Notes under the pieces: generated by a model
The model's input: the letters and a program-made list of their open reading frames with translations, nothing else
Told to the model about the DNA's origin: nothing
Databases searched by the model: none
Assembly (NCBI GenBank): GCA_964016885.1
Contig: OZ024742.1
Span: forward strand, 177,444,001 to 177,508,000
Source of the DNA: Eledone cirrhosa
Taxonomy: Eukaryota
Reading direction: 5' to 3'
DNA length: 64,000 bases
Program-made: the position numbers and the translations under genes
In this document: positions 39,680 to 53,001 of the stretch, one piece after another
Layout: each line of letters begins with the position of its first letter
How positions within the stretch are numbered: position 1 is the first letter of the stretch

Positions 39680-39847
39680 GATAGATAGGTAAATATACAC
39701 GGGTGTGTATGATTGTGTATAGAAGATTATATTAATAAGAGGAATTCCAACTTTGTCTGATTTACTCGTTTTATTTACAATCCTTTAAAATATATAATGG
39801 TATTATAATGAAATAGTATGACAGAATATTAAATTCTAAGTGTTAAT

Positions 39848-39886
39848 TGAACAAGTACTTTCATGCTTTCGCAATATTCAGGTTCA
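39848..39886 (-). ncRNA. Hammerhead motif in the left PLE arm, core mutated (CUGAAUA)
   Basis: Same as 43896-43934 except G to U in the CUGANGA box. Confidence 0.65.
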
Positions 39887-40266
39887 TAATATGTGGTGAC
39901 AGTCGAGTTTGCAATTTTCAACTGTAATGAGATGGCTAAATTTCCTACCTTTTAGACATTTTATACAGAGAAAAGTGGCTCCAGAATGCTAAGCCCTGTA
40001 AACTGTATTTCGACCAATCAGTGTGTAGTTTCACTGAATTACTAAAGCTGATTGGTTTAAGCGTCACGGCTGGTTGAGCATGCTAACGACCAATAATCAT
40101 ATCCAAAGCATCAATTGTTTTGCTATTTTTAGAAATGATGAAAATAGCATTTTCTATTAATCATCACCATCAACATCACTTTTATTATTATTATTATTGT
40201 TGTTGTTGTTGTTGTTGCTGTTAGTGGTCGTGGTCATAGTGGTAGTAGAAGTAGTACCCCTAAGCG

Positions 40267-42675
40267 TTATGATTGTTCATTTAGGTTGGGTTTGAATTTA
40301 TCAATAAAATTCTTTTCTCTGATTTTTCTCTTGATTTCACTTGGGCTGTGTAATTTGTAGAATGGGAATATTATAAATATTCCCTGACCACATGTTGCTA
40401 GGTGGTTGCTTAGGGGTATCTGACGGACATTTGGGTCTCTGATTTGTTGACGGTGTACCCGTGCACGTTCCGATAGTGCATTTCCAGTTTGACCGACATA
40501 TAGTTCTTCACAATTCGGGCATTTAATGCAGTAAATTAGATTTCTGCTTTTGCAGTTCATATTTGCATTTGAGAATATTTTTCCAGTTTTTGTTTTCATA
40601 TATTGACCGGCGTGTATGGATTGACATGTGCCGCATCGACTATCATTGCATTTAGATACAGTGAATGATTGGTCTTTGTTGTTAAGGTCAAACTTTGCTT
40701 TTGTTAGTAATTGCTTCAAATTTTTTGGCTGTCTTTTACTAAGAGTCAAAGATCGATCTGTGATTAAGCCTTTTAATTCATTACTTTGAGCAATGATCGG
40801 TAGGTTTGCTTTGGCAGTGTTGAAGATATTCTGGTGACATGGGTTGTGTGTCATTATAAATGGTATGACCAGTTCTTGGTTTCTTCTTCCTTGGGTTGTT
40901 CTAAGTTGTTGTATAGGTATTTTTATAGCCCGCTGTATGCCATTTTCTATAAGTAGAGATGGGTATTTTTGTTTGAGCAAACATTATCTTAGTTCTGTTA
41001 GGCGTTTGTACCTGGTATTCGTATCTTCTACAATGGTACAAATTCTTCTGGCTAGGCAGTATGAGATGTTGCGTTTTGTATGAGGTGGATGGCACGACTT
41101 AAAATTCAGATATTGATGGGTGTCTGTGTGTTTATGATATATATCCGTGGTAATGGTGGTGTCGTTTTTGATTATCATTATATCTAGGAATGGTAATTTG
41201 GTCCTACTCATCTCTTTTGTGAATTGGAGAGATGGGTGTAGGTTATTCAGGAGGATTTTTGAATTCATCCAGAGTATCTAGAGATTCTGTCCAGATGATG
41301 AAACAGTCGTCAAGGTATCTCTTCCAAGATTTTTCAATGTACTTTCTAAATTCAGTACTATATTTTTCCTCTATTTCTTGGTAGAGTTGTTGTTCTAAGT
41401 ATCCCATTACAGAGTTCGAGTAAACGTGAGCAGACTTCGTTCCCATCGCTGTGCCTCTAATTTGGATGTAATTCTTTCCAATGAAGAAGAAAGTGTTGTT
41501 TTCCAGAATAAGTTTAACTGCGTCTAATATAAATGGCGCTGTGAATCTAATGGGAATCACTTCTCTATGTTTTTCCACCCAGTATTTAACCGCCTTTATT
41601 CCTAAATCATGTGTAATGTTGGTGTAAAGGCTTACCACATCAAAACTGAGTAGAAGTGAATTCGTTTCCGTGGTTTGGGGAAGATGGGACAGGAAGTCGA
41701 TATCATCCCGGATGAAACTGGGTATGTGAATACATAGTGGTTTCAAAATAATGTCAACAAAATTGCTTAGACGGTGGGTGGGGCATGTTGGACCAGCTAT
41801 AATAGGTCTAAGTTTTAAGTCTTTTGGGTGTAATAATTTAATGTACTCACTGTTTTATTCTCTTACTGCCAGTTGTATTTCTTTTGACTTATGAACTTTC
41901 GGTAGGCCATACATGTTGCTGGGTCTCGGCTCAAAATTGGTGATGTAGTCTCTTTCCTTATCAGTAAATGAGTTGTGGTATTTTGAAGCCAGGTTGTTGA
42001 TCTTCTTCATGATGTTGTGGTCTATATTTGACGGTATTTCATGATAGAATGTTGTGTCTTTCAGTTGTTCCTCAATCAAATCCTTGTAGTATTCAGTATC
42101 CATTATAACAACTGCACCCCCTTTATCTGCTTGTTTAATTATTATTGTTTTATCATTTTGTATACGTTTAAGTGCAGACATTTCTGATTTGTTAATGTTT
42201 GACCTAACATTAGTATTATGTCTAAGAGGAAATTTAGACAGGATGTCAATGTATTGGTCGAGATAGATATTTCTTCCTTTTGGCGGAGTGAAATTTGATT
42301 TATTCTTTACTAGTGATTCATCACTCTCATTATTTTTATCAGCGAAGAATTCTACAAGACGTAATTTTCGTCAGAATTCTTGGGTATCCTCCTTCAGTTC
42401 TTGGTGGTTGACTGTTGGAGTCGGTGTGAATTTCAGTCCTTTTGACAGAATTTGCATTTCATCATTGTCAAGATCTCTTTTAGATAAATAAATTATTTTA
42501 GGATCTACGTGTACAGCTGTTTTAGGTATATTTCCTCCTGGAGTTTTTCTTTTTCCGGTTTTTGTTGTCCTGACGTTACAAAATGGATTTTTCTCTGTAA
42601 AGGATTTATATTCCTGTTGGTGTTCGCTTGATGAACTTTTGGTCGTGATATTATATTTGGTTTCGTTATGTATTT
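40267..42675 (-). pseudogene. PLE reverse transcriptase + GIY-YIG endonuclease, disrupted
   Basis: LSKGLKFTPTP, KQADKGGAVV, YGLPKVHK, LRPIIAGPTCP, SFDVVSLYTNI, GTAMGT, RYLDDCFIIW, LPFLDI, CNDSRCGTC, NLIYCIKCPNC..YVGQTG..H. Stops at ~41855 and ~40984; frameshift at ~41255. Confidence 0.92.
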
Positions 42676-43515
42676 CTGAATTTTAAGTCGTGCCATCCAC
42701 CTCATACAAAACGCAACATCTCATACTTCCTAGTCAGAAGAATTTGTACCATTGTAGAAGATACGAATACCAGGTACAAACGCCTAACAGAACTAAGAGA
42801 ATGTTTGCTCAAACAAAAATACCCATCTCTACTTATAGAAAATGGCATACAGCGGGCTATAAAAATACCTATACAACAACTTAGAACAACCCAAGGAAGA
42901 AGAAACCAAGAACTGGTCATACCATTTATAATGACACACAACCCATGTCACCAGAATATCTTCAACACTGCCAAAGCAAACCTACCGATCATTGCTCAAA
43001 GTAATGAATTAAAAGGCTTAGTCACAGATCGATCTTTGACTCTTAGTAAAAGACAGCCAAAAAATTTGAAGCAATTACTAACAAAAGCAATGTTTGACCT
43101 TAACAACAAAGACCAATCATTCACTGTATCTAAATGCAATGATAGTCGATGCGGCACATGTCAATCCATACACGCCGGTCAATATATGAAAACAAAAACT
43201 GGAAAAATATTCCCAAATGCAAATATGAACAGCAAAAGTAGAAATCTAATTTACTGCATTAAATGCCCGAATTGGGAAGAACTATATGTCGGTCAAACTG
43301 GAAATGCACTATCGGAACGTGCACGGGTGCACCGTCAATAAATCAGAGACCCAAATGTCCTTCAGATACCCCTAAGCAACCACCTAGCAACATGTGGTCA
43401 GGGAATATTTATAATATTCCCATTCTACAAATTACACAGCCCAAGAGAAATCAAGAGAAAAATCAAAGAAAATAATTTTATTGATAAATTCAAACCCAAG
43501 CTAAATGAACAATAA
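42675..43515 (+). pseudogene. Inverted 5'-truncated copy of the PLE C-terminus/GIY-YIG
   Basis: ORF 42805-43341 is nearly identical to 40267-40980; premature TAA at 43339. Confidence 0.9.
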
Positions 43516-43895
43516 AAACGCTTAGGGGTATTACTTATACTACCACTATGACCACGACCACTAACAACAACAACAACAACAACAATAATAATAATAATAA
43601 AAGTGATGTTGATGGTGATGATTAATAGAAAATGCTATTTTCATCATTTCTAAAAATAGCAAAACAATTGATGCTTTGGATATGATTATTGGTCGTTAGC
43701 ATGCTCAACCAGCCGTGACGCTTAAACCAATCAGCTTTAGTAATTCAGTGAAACTACACACTGATTGGTCGAAATACAGTTTACAGGGCTTAGCATTCTG
43801 GAGCCACTTTTCTCTGTATAAAATGTATAAAAGTTAGGAAATTTACCCATCTCATTACAGTTGAAAATTGCAAACTCGACTGTCACCACATATTA

Positions 43896-43934
43896 TGAAC
43901 CTGAAGATTGCGAAAGCATGAAAGTACTTGTTCA
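43896..43934 (+). ncRNA. Minimal type-I hammerhead in the right PLE arm, core intact
   Basis: UGAAC-CUGAAGA-UUGC-GAAA-GCAU-GAAA-GUAC-UU-GUUCA: 5-bp stem I, GNRA-capped stem II, palindromic AAGUACUU stem III. Confidence 0.8.
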
Positions 43935-44129
43935 ATTAACACTTAGAATTTAATATTCTATCATACTATTTCATTATAATACCATTATATATTTTAAAGG
44001 ATTGTAAATAAAACGAGTAAATCAGACAAAGTTGGAATTCCTCTTATTAATATATATATATATATATAGGTATATATTGTTATATTTTTATATTTTGGGA
44101 GGGTCATATTGTTCTAATAATGTAGAACT

Positions 44130-44350
44130 AATAATGGTTTCTACTATATACAGAATGCCAGTAATTTGGGTAGAGGGAAAAGTCGATTAAATCGATCCCA
44201 GTGCATTACTGGTACTTTATTTTATCGATCTCGTAAGGATGAAAGGCAAAATTAACCTCGGCGGGATTTTAACTCAAACCGTAGAGCGGCGTAACGCTAT
44301 GCTGCAAAGCATGGCGTCCGACCCTTTACCGATACTGCCAATCAAACGCC
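44130..44350 (-). mobile_element. tRNA-derived SINE
   Basis: GGTACTTTATTTTATCGA..AAGGATGAAAGGCAAA..CCGATACTGCCAATC. Confidence 0.8.
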
Positions 44351-44572
44351 CTTATTGCAGAAATAATAATAAAACAATAAAACGCACTCACTGGTTGGTT
44401 TGTACAGATTTTCGCTTCTGTATATTTTATATCCCTATAGTTAATTTAGCTGGCAATCAATGAAATAGCTCAAAATCTAGTGGTGTGGGTTTATGAGACT
44501 CACTAGGAAGCCATGCGGTGTTTTATTATTTTTTATATATAGCATACATAGATGTGTCTAGGATACTAATTC

Positions 44573-44650
44573 ATCACCCACTGATGAGCTTGGATTAGTA
44601 TTTCTATTCGCAATTAATTTTGCGAAACAGCAACAAGTCGTCTTGGTGAT
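44573..44650 (+). ncRNA. Type-I hammerhead motif
   Basis: AUCACCCA-CUGAUGA-GC..GC-GAAAC-AGCAACAAGUC-GUC-UUGGUGAU; 8-bp stem I with one mismatch. Confidence 0.65.
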
Positions 44651-44841
44651 TGGTAGTTACTACAATTCCGGTTTGCATTTATTTTCTTAATTTTTTCTTA
44701 AATTGAGACAAGCGAACCCAATTGTATATAGTTAGTATTCTTTTCACCGTAGCGAATAAGGACCCTTACGATTTGAACGCATATATCTATATATCTGTGT
44801 TCGCTTTTCTATTATATTCTATTAAATTATATATATATATG

Positions 44842-44874
<33 letters not shown>

Positions 44875-44890
44875 ATAGGAACAGAGACTG

Positions 44891-44958
<68 letters not shown>

Positions 44959-45354
44959 TTTCTACACATCAACCTTCACCTAAATGATCAATTAAAACCA
45001 CCAAAACTCCCAACGGGTTTATTTCTTAATTTTCTTAGCTAATTATGATATATGTTTTTCATTGTTCTTAATTTATATGTAACAGCATGTTTTTTAAAAT
45101 TTGTTTTGCTTTTATCTGCTCCTAATCTTTATTGAATTTAGCAGCTCCTATTCTTCATATGATTTTTGCCTCTGTTTGAGGCTTATGCCTATCTAGTCTC
45201 CCATATAATGTATCCTCCTAATGTTCTTGTGACAAAGGTTGGATATGATATTTGTGTTTGAACTTTCTTATCTACTTCGATGATGACGGCCTTGTGTTAG
45301 GATGAAACGATCGTAAGTGATTAATATTTTGAACAATTTTTGATTGTCATTTAC

Positions 45355-45400
<46 letters not shown>

Positions 45401-46029
45401 TTTATGTATGTGTGTGGGGGTGTTGGATGTATATATATATATATATATCTACATATATATCACATCTTTATATATATGTATGTATATATACATGTCTGTG
45501 GTGTGTGTGTCTGTGTGTGTGACTCTGTGTCTGCGTGCATATGTGTGTGTATATGTGTATGTGTGTATGTACGTGTGTGTGACTCTGTGTCTGCGTGCAT
45601 ATGTGTGTGTATATGTGTATGTGTGTATGTACGTGTGTGTGAGTGTTGAGTGTGTGTTTTTTATTTATGTATCTCTGGTAGTTTCAACAATACCACAACG
45701 TCTGCTATATTGAAGCAACCTAGCTTTTCATAGAATCTATTTCGGTTCTGAGGAGATCGCTTGGGCATTTAATATATATGTATTTATTTGTTTGGTTGTA
45801 TTTATATTTGTTTTATATTTTGCTTAACGGTAGATTTGACAGAAACACTGATTTATTCTTTTGTTTACTTCATTTGCAAATATTTTTGCCTGAAAAAAGT
45901 ACTGAGCTGCCTTTAGTGTATATCTTCTTTCACATCACCTCATCAACGTTGCTGAGAGTAATCTTCAGGATTACAGGTTTTCATGAATCATATATAAAAA
46001 ATGACAGTAAATTGTGTATTTTATATGGT

Positions 46030-46114
<85 letters not shown>

Positions 46115-46573
46115 ATTCGATGAGGTAGAATTTCGGTATAGTTTCATTGACAAATGGATGTTTGCACTCACTTACATCCAAACTAATTTCGTTTACTTCA
46201 AATATTTTTTTAGCTTTCCCTCACGTATTGCAGTTCTCGATTGAGGAGACATTGTGGAACCACTATAGCGCACTGTGGCTTTTACAACCGTTCATCAATC
46301 CAGCTACATTCGTCTATTCTTACACTACATAAATATATATTTTTTATTCTTAATTTTTACTTTGACATTCTGAGATATTGAAATAAGTTACATATTATAC
46401 TAACGACGTTCTTCTAACCTTAACTTCGATTTGTTCGTAACTTTGAGACACGTCACTTGGGATGATGAAAATAAAGGGATACGACAGTGATAGTAAAGCG
46501 AATGAAAGGATTTATCAATATCAGTTCTTCTCCACCGTTATCATTATCATAATCTTAATCATAATCATCATCA

Positions 46574-46604
<31 letters not shown>

Positions 46605-46899
46605 CTTCTTCTTCTTCTTCTTCTTCTTCTTCTTCTTCTTCATGTTTTGAAAGTTTTCTTCCTTAGTTCGATCACACTTATTTACAAACTATGTGCAGAT
46701 GTTTTCATTATACCGTCCACATCGTTAAGCACAGTTTTATTGATGGTATCAAAACAGAATTTTTTTTTTTATTTAACTGAAATGTGACGTATATACTTGT
46801 CCTTCACACTATTTTTGTGAATTCTGACTCAACACATCCGTGATGTCACCATACTTGGAGGACGATACAACTTACATGAATTTCAAAGATAATAGAGTT

Positions 46900-47620
46900 G
46901 CAGATGATGTGATACTTTCGTTTATCATGGAAAACCTCCATTGTTATATTTAACCAATTTGACATACGTTTTATTGCATTTTTTAATTCAAATTAGACGA
47001 TTCATTTTCTGTAGAGTAGTTTAGCCATTGCGAAATTTCTTGTCGATACCGGATCAATTCGCTCCAGCAAATGTTACACAACGTGTATCGCCAGTTATTT
47101 GCTTGCTCATACCTCCACCCAGTGAATTAAACCCCGATGGAGTCGCACCAGAGCCGGACTCCAAAATCGTCGAGGAGGGCATTCAAAATGAAGATAGCAC
47201 TATCAAATATTATTGTGAGTTGATATCTAGTCGTAGTATATTTTGTGTCCGCCGTTGGAATCGTGACTTGTTGACAATATCTGCATCGGAAGTCGTATCG
47301 CCACGAATAGGCGGTCTCTTCACAATGCAGTGCATGTAACTGTTTGAAGCCTGTTCAAACTACCCTGGATGAACCCCAACACAACTAGATGGACAAGCAG
47401 TTTAGATCCAGGTTATTTTTATACGGAACGATCAACTGTCAAAGGCGTTCCAGGCGAAACAATTGTTTTTATCAGACATAGTGAGAAGAGAACTACGTTT
47501 CCATATGTGTCCATTTTAAGAGGATATGGGGTTATTCGAGAGAAAGTTTACTGATATTTCAACTGTTTTTTAGCAAACACCAAGAAGCACTCACATCTAC
47601 TTCATTGCGAATGTTTCCAA
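46900..47620 (+). mobile_element. Possible very decayed Tc1/mariner transposase remnant
   Basis: Only weak echoes across frames (KF..TGSI; WTSSLDP resembling the WP.SPDL.P motif). Confidence 0.25.
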
Positions 47621-48306
47621 CTTTGATGAAAGTAAAGTGTTAGGTTGATTAACTCGATTAATCTCCGTTTCACATCTTTTCAAACAGTATCATTGTTGAG
47701 AAAAATGTAAGCATATAGTAGATTAAAGGATTCATATTTAAGAGAAAAATATATCAAATCTACAATAGCAATACATATATACTATTCACTGGGAAGATAT
47801 TGAAATGAATTATCCTTGTACGTTTGGAAGGTTTCAGAGCATTCCCATTGTTACCTGATGCTACATTGACCAAAAAACATGGAAATTCTATCTTCCTTCC
47901 TTCTTTAACATTTGCTCTCTTTTGTTTCCCAGCAATCATCCTATGTAGTTTATTTTGCTATTTTTCTTTCGTTTGGCTCATTCTGTTCTGTCATTTCTTT
48001 TTAGATTTTGTTTTTATCATTTTTTATGTTTTGTATTTTTATCCATTCAGCATTTTACGAATTTGCTTACATTACATCCAATACTGTTGTACTCATTTCC
48101 TGTCATTTTGATCTTTATATTTCTCTCTCTCTCTCTCTATCTCTATCTCTCTCTCTCTCGGCCCCGCTCACTCTTTCTCTCGCTCCTGCTCTCTCTCTCT
48201 CATTTTTCTCTCTCATATGCCCTCTGCCTCCTCCTTCTCTAATTATATATCAATATTCTACTTACTCTTTTGAATTTCCCTTCCACCACTCACTTATCCA
48301 TCGATT

Positions 48307-48349
<43 letters not shown>

Positions 48350-48387
48350 ATCATATATATACATATGTATCAGATATTTATATACAA

Positions 48388-48435
<48 letters not shown>

Positions 48436-48536
48436 GTATATATTTATGTAGTCATATGTAAACACATATATGTAACCATGCATACACACAGAAACACAAA
48501 CACACACACCCACACGCAAACACACACACACACACG

Positions 48537-48584
<48 letters not shown>

Positions 48585-49062
48585 CATGTGTTTGATTCTA
48601 TAGAGATTGAAATATATCTGATGAAAAATACTAGACACTTTAACCCTTTAACTTTCACATGCACTTGTTCATCTTGCATTTATTTTCGAGATGTTCATAA
48701 TTTATTTCCATCGCCATATCACTATCATTATTATCATTGTTGTTGTTCTTGTTATAAATTGTTCTTTGTTGTTGTTGTTTCTGCTTCTCATGTTGTTGTT
48801 ATTATTTTTATTGTTATTTCTACTGCTGCTGTTGTTGTTGTTGTTGTTGTTGTGTTGGTGGTGGTGGTGTTGGCGGAGGTGTGGCTGGTAGTTTTTGTGA
48901 TGTTTTAGTGCTCTGCAATTTATATCATCCTTCCGTTATTTTAGTATGTTGTTGCCTTCCGCTTGTGTTTCCGATCAAACCAGAATAACTTTGAGTAGTT
49001 TAGGAAATTGTCTCTCTTGTCTAACATGGCGGAGGTTTGAACAAACAATGTGGCTCCGATAA

Positions 49063-49093
<31 letters not shown>

Positions 49094-49129
49094 ATACTAA
49101 TATTAATACTACTACTACTACTACTACTT

Positions 49130-49163
<34 letters not shown>

Positions 49164-49164
49164 G

Positions 49165-49353
49165 TGTTTCTACTTTTGACACAAGGCCAGCAATTAACCA
49201 TTACATTACTGGTACTCTATTTTATCGACCCCGTAAGGATGAAAGGCAAAGTTAACCTCGGCGGAATTTGAACTCACATCATAAAGGGCATTAACTCTTT
49301 GCTGCAAAGCATGACGTCCGACGGTCTACCGATACTGCCAATCCACCGCCCTA
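49165..49353 (-). mobile_element. tRNA-derived SINE
   Basis: Reverse-complement match to the SINE unit, embedded in (TAA)n. Confidence 0.85.
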
Positions 49354-49372
49354 CAATAATAATAATAATAAT

Positions 49373-50872
49373 CGTCATGGGCGATCTTAAACTCTTTGGA
49401 AAGAGTGAGAAGGAGTGGGATGTACTTGTTGACACTGTCCGTATTTTCAGCAATGATATATGTATGGAATTTGCTATTAATAACTGTGAGAGTCCTAGTC
49501 ATGAAGAGGGGTAAATCCAACCAGTGAGATGATAAAGGAAACTGACACTGAAGAAAGATACAAATATTTAGGTGTTCTGGAGGCAGATGACATCAAGAGC
49601 AAAAATATGAAGGAATTGATAAGATCTGAGTATATTAGGAGAGTAAGGAGCGTATAAAAATCACATCTAAATAGGAGGAATGTCATAAGTGCAGTGAATT
49701 CCCGTGCTGTGTCTATTATTATGTACAGTGCGGGAATTCTGAGATGGAATGTTGCTGAACAAAAGGAAATGGATAGGAAGACTAGGAAGCTATTGACTAT
49801 CTACAACATGTTCCACAAGAGGAGTGATGTGGATAGACTCTACTTAAAGAGATCTGAAGGTGGAAGAGGTCTTATCAGCATAGAGGACTGTGTTTAGATG
49901 GAGAAAAACAACCTGCACAAATACGTGTCTGACAGTAGGGAGCCAATGTTCAAAATTGTACTGAAGGAGAAGACAATAGACCACGGGATGTCCAAGGAGG
50001 AAATAACAACAAAGAGAAACACCAACCTTCATCAAAAATCCCTTCATAGTACCGTCTTTGAGAAAACTGAATTTAGAGATCCACAGCCATGGAACTGGTT
50101 AAAAAGAGGAGACCTTAAAAATGCTACAGAAGGAATGCTAATGGCTGCGCAAGAGCAAGCCCTCAGAACGAAGTGGGTGAAACACCATATTTACAAGGAG
50201 GAGGTTAGCTCACTGTGTAGAATATTGGGAGAGAGAGAAGAGACTGTGGTACACATTGTATCCGAGTGTAAACACCTAGCCCGGACTCACTATAAAGGCT
50301 GGAGACATGATGTGATGGGCAGGGTGAACCACTGGTACCTATGCAAAGTAAACAATTTACCTCATTCTGAGAAGTGGTATGAGCATAAGCCAGAGTCGGT
50401 GATAGATAACAATGAGTGAAGGTGTTATGGGATTTTAGGATACAGACGGACAAGAAATTAGAATACAATAGACCTGACCTGGTGGTTTTGCACAAGGAAA
50501 ATAGATCGGGCCTGATTGTAGATGTAGCCTGCCCATTTGATACGAGAGTGCAAGAGAAGGAGAGGTAGAAAAGTAACCGATACCAGGACTTAAAGTGGGA
50601 GTTGAAAAGGATTTGGAACTGCCATGAATTCAAGATCGTCCCGATTGTCATAGGCGCACTAGGTACTATCTCAAAGAGTTTCCAAGGATGGTTAAAGAAG
50701 ATTAGTCCAGCCTCGCTTTTTGGAACACTTCAAAAGGCATGTTTGCTGGGAACATCAAGAACCCTCCTATACATCCTGAATATCTGAGGCTGCAGGTAGT
50801 GGCTTGATATTCATTTCAACAAACTTTCCAGTTAAATAACATCAATAACTGAGACTCAAAGAACAATAATAA
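49373..50872 (+). mobile_element. 5'-truncated R4/Dong-clade LINE (RT C-terminus, CCHC, restriction-like endonuclease), disrupted
   Basis: MGDLKLFGK, YKYLG, DRKTRKLL..DVDRLYLKRSEGGRGL, AAQEQALRT, CRIL..ETVVHIVSEC..RHD, RPDLVV..IVDVACPFD, VPIVIGALG, QKACLLGT. AAT repeats on both flanks. Confidence 0.9.
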
Positions 50873-50876
50873 TAGC

Positions 50877-51068
50877 TGTTTCTACATTTGGCACAAGGCC
50901 AGCGATTATCCCACTGTATTACTGGTACTTTATTTCATCGACCCCGTAATGATGAAAGGCAATGTTAACCTTGGCGGGATTTGAATTCAGAATGGAAAGG
51001 GCCGTAACTCTATGCGCCAAACCATGGCATCCGACCTTTTACAGATACTGCCAATCCACCGCCCTACA
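50877..51068 (-). mobile_element. tRNA-derived SINE
   Basis: Reverse-complement match to the SINE unit. Confidence 0.8.
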
Positions 51069-51086
51069 ATAATAATAATAATAATG

Positions 51087-51290
51087 ATTTCATTTATTGG
51101 CCACAAGATCCGACATGTAGGGGACAATACAAAAACAGGGACAGTGGGTGTTTACAATAAGCTCGAGTAAAAGAGCACAATGGCAAGACTAATTTAACAA
51201 TGCAGATATAAAAAAATATATATAATAAACTATGAATAAATATAACAAAATAAATTCCCCAATGAGTGGGGTGGACGAAGCAGAAGTGAC
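51087..51290 (-). mobile_element. 3' tail of a Tx1-related LINE
   Basis: Minus-strand TTGTCCCC..CTTGTGGCCAATAAATGAAAT resembles the Tx1 3' end at 9420-9470. Confidence 0.45.
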
Positions 51291-51829
51291 TCAGGTAAAC
51301 ATCATTGATTTCTGTAAAGGACCAGGTAAATGCTAAAACACCACACATTTTCCGCACGGATCAGATATTTGATGTTCGTTCCAAAGTTCATCTACCATTT
51401 TCTTTTCATAATTCCCGAAAAAATTCAAAATGGCCTCTCTCAAAAATTTAAAATCTTGCTCACAAAGAAGCGGAAGTTAGATGTCAAGTTATCTACTAGA
51501 TAGTTCTAGCGATATCTAGAGGTTTATATGAGCGGTTACCACACATACAAAAACAAACGTAACACCCCACCACACGCATATCAACGTTGAAAGGCAAAAT
51601 ACAATACATTCCAATACTCCCATTTTTCAATGTCGAAGCCTTGACAGAAAGCAACGACAACTCCAACTCAAACAAAATTATATTGAGTATGGCATTAACG
51701 GTAGTACTGATAAAGATTTTGGAATAGTGTTGATAATGACAATGATAAAAGCACGCTGCTAGCTTGGCGATGCGGGTTATATAGAGACGGTGTCTCAATA
51801 AAACCACCAGTAGGGCTGGAAAATTAAAG

Positions 51830-52460
51830 AAGTGTCTTGCAAGAGGATTAATTCTCACCATTAATATTGTTATAGCACTGATACCTATAAATCTCACACT
51901 CAGAAACATAAAAATGGACTACTAATGTGGAAGGTAAGGTCAATTAATAAACCATCTTCTGCTTATGGATGACCTAAACCTGTTTGGGAAGTCCGCAAAT
52001 CAATTAGACTGGTAAAAAAATGTTCAGATATTTAGCTGTGACATCGGTATGGAACTTGAAATTTATCAATGTTCTGAACGCAACATGGAAAGTAGGATGG
52101 AAGCAGCCTGTAGTAGATTACGAGGGCCATTGGGAAAAAACTATGGGAGAAGCAGAAAATAGTGGCTATAAATATTTGAGGATCATTTAGCTAGAAGATG
52201 TTTTGAAATGCTAGTGAGATATATTTAAAATCTCGAATGCGAGAAAACTGGTCACCGCAATCAATATCTTGGCAGTTGCAGTGGTTAGATATAATACATC
52301 CATTCTCAGATGGAATAAAGAATAAATATTAAAATTGGATAGAAAGACAAGAAAGTTAATGGCAATGTATGGACGTTTTTACTCTAAAGTGAATAGTAAA
52401 AGATTATATATGAATAGAAAGAACGATGGCCAAGGCCTCAACAGTGTGGAGAGAAAGGAG
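51830..52460 (+). mobile_element. Older, degraded R4/Dong LINE fragment
   Basis: HLLLMDDLNLFGKS, IFSCDIGMEL, TAINILAVAVVRY, LDRKTRKLMAMYG..RLYMNRKNDGQGL. Confidence 0.75.
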
Positions 52461-52886
52461 AAAACTTGCAGAATATTTAGTAAAGAGTGTCAAAGAGTTG
52501 GTGCAGTATAAAACAAGGTTTTGGCCAGCGGAAATGGTATTGAAATGATAGATTAGATAGAGCCTTCAAAACTAAGAGATAAACAACGGGAAAAGATTGA
52601 CAAAAACAAGAGCTAGATATGAAGTATAATTAGGATAGAGTAACACCGAGGTTATATATGTTATATATCTGGAGAATCAAACTCGGTTGTTGTTCTAGGT
52701 ATATACACACACAAATATATATATATATATACATATATGTGTGTGTGGGTGTGTGTGCCTGTGTGTGTATATATGTCTGTGTGTATGTGTGTATATGTGT
52801 GTGTGCGTGTGTGTGTGTATATATATATAAATTATATATACATATATGTATATATATATGTATATATATATATATACATATATGTA

Positions 52887-52936
<50 letters not shown>

Positions 52937-52950
52937 TTTTAATATAGATG

Positions 52951-53001
52951 AGATTCTACAGGACTAGAACTGTTTCATTCATTAGAAATCATCAGGAATC
53001 T
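52951..53001 (-). ncRNA. Type-I hammerhead motif (left arm)
   Basis: Reverse complement of 53894-53944. Confidence 0.75.

Larger units (their letters stand above)
39728..44054. mobile_element. Penelope-like element (Neptune-type) with ~1.38-kb inverted terminal duplication
   Basis: 39728-41110 is the reverse complement of 42675-44054; the RT lies between the arms on the minus strand. Confidence 0.93.

Noticed and set aside
43610-43650. GGTGATGA-TTAATA-GAAA hammerhead-like string in the PLE 3' UTR
   Set aside because: Lacks the conserved C of CUGANGA and a stable stem II; a better motif lies at 43896-43934.
45515-45642. Exact 60-bp tandem duplication
   Set aside because: Ordinary slippage within a (TG)n-rich tract.
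47028-47554. Two non-repetitive ORFs as possible host exons
   Set aside because: No recognisable domain or convincing splice sites; more likely decayed transposon.
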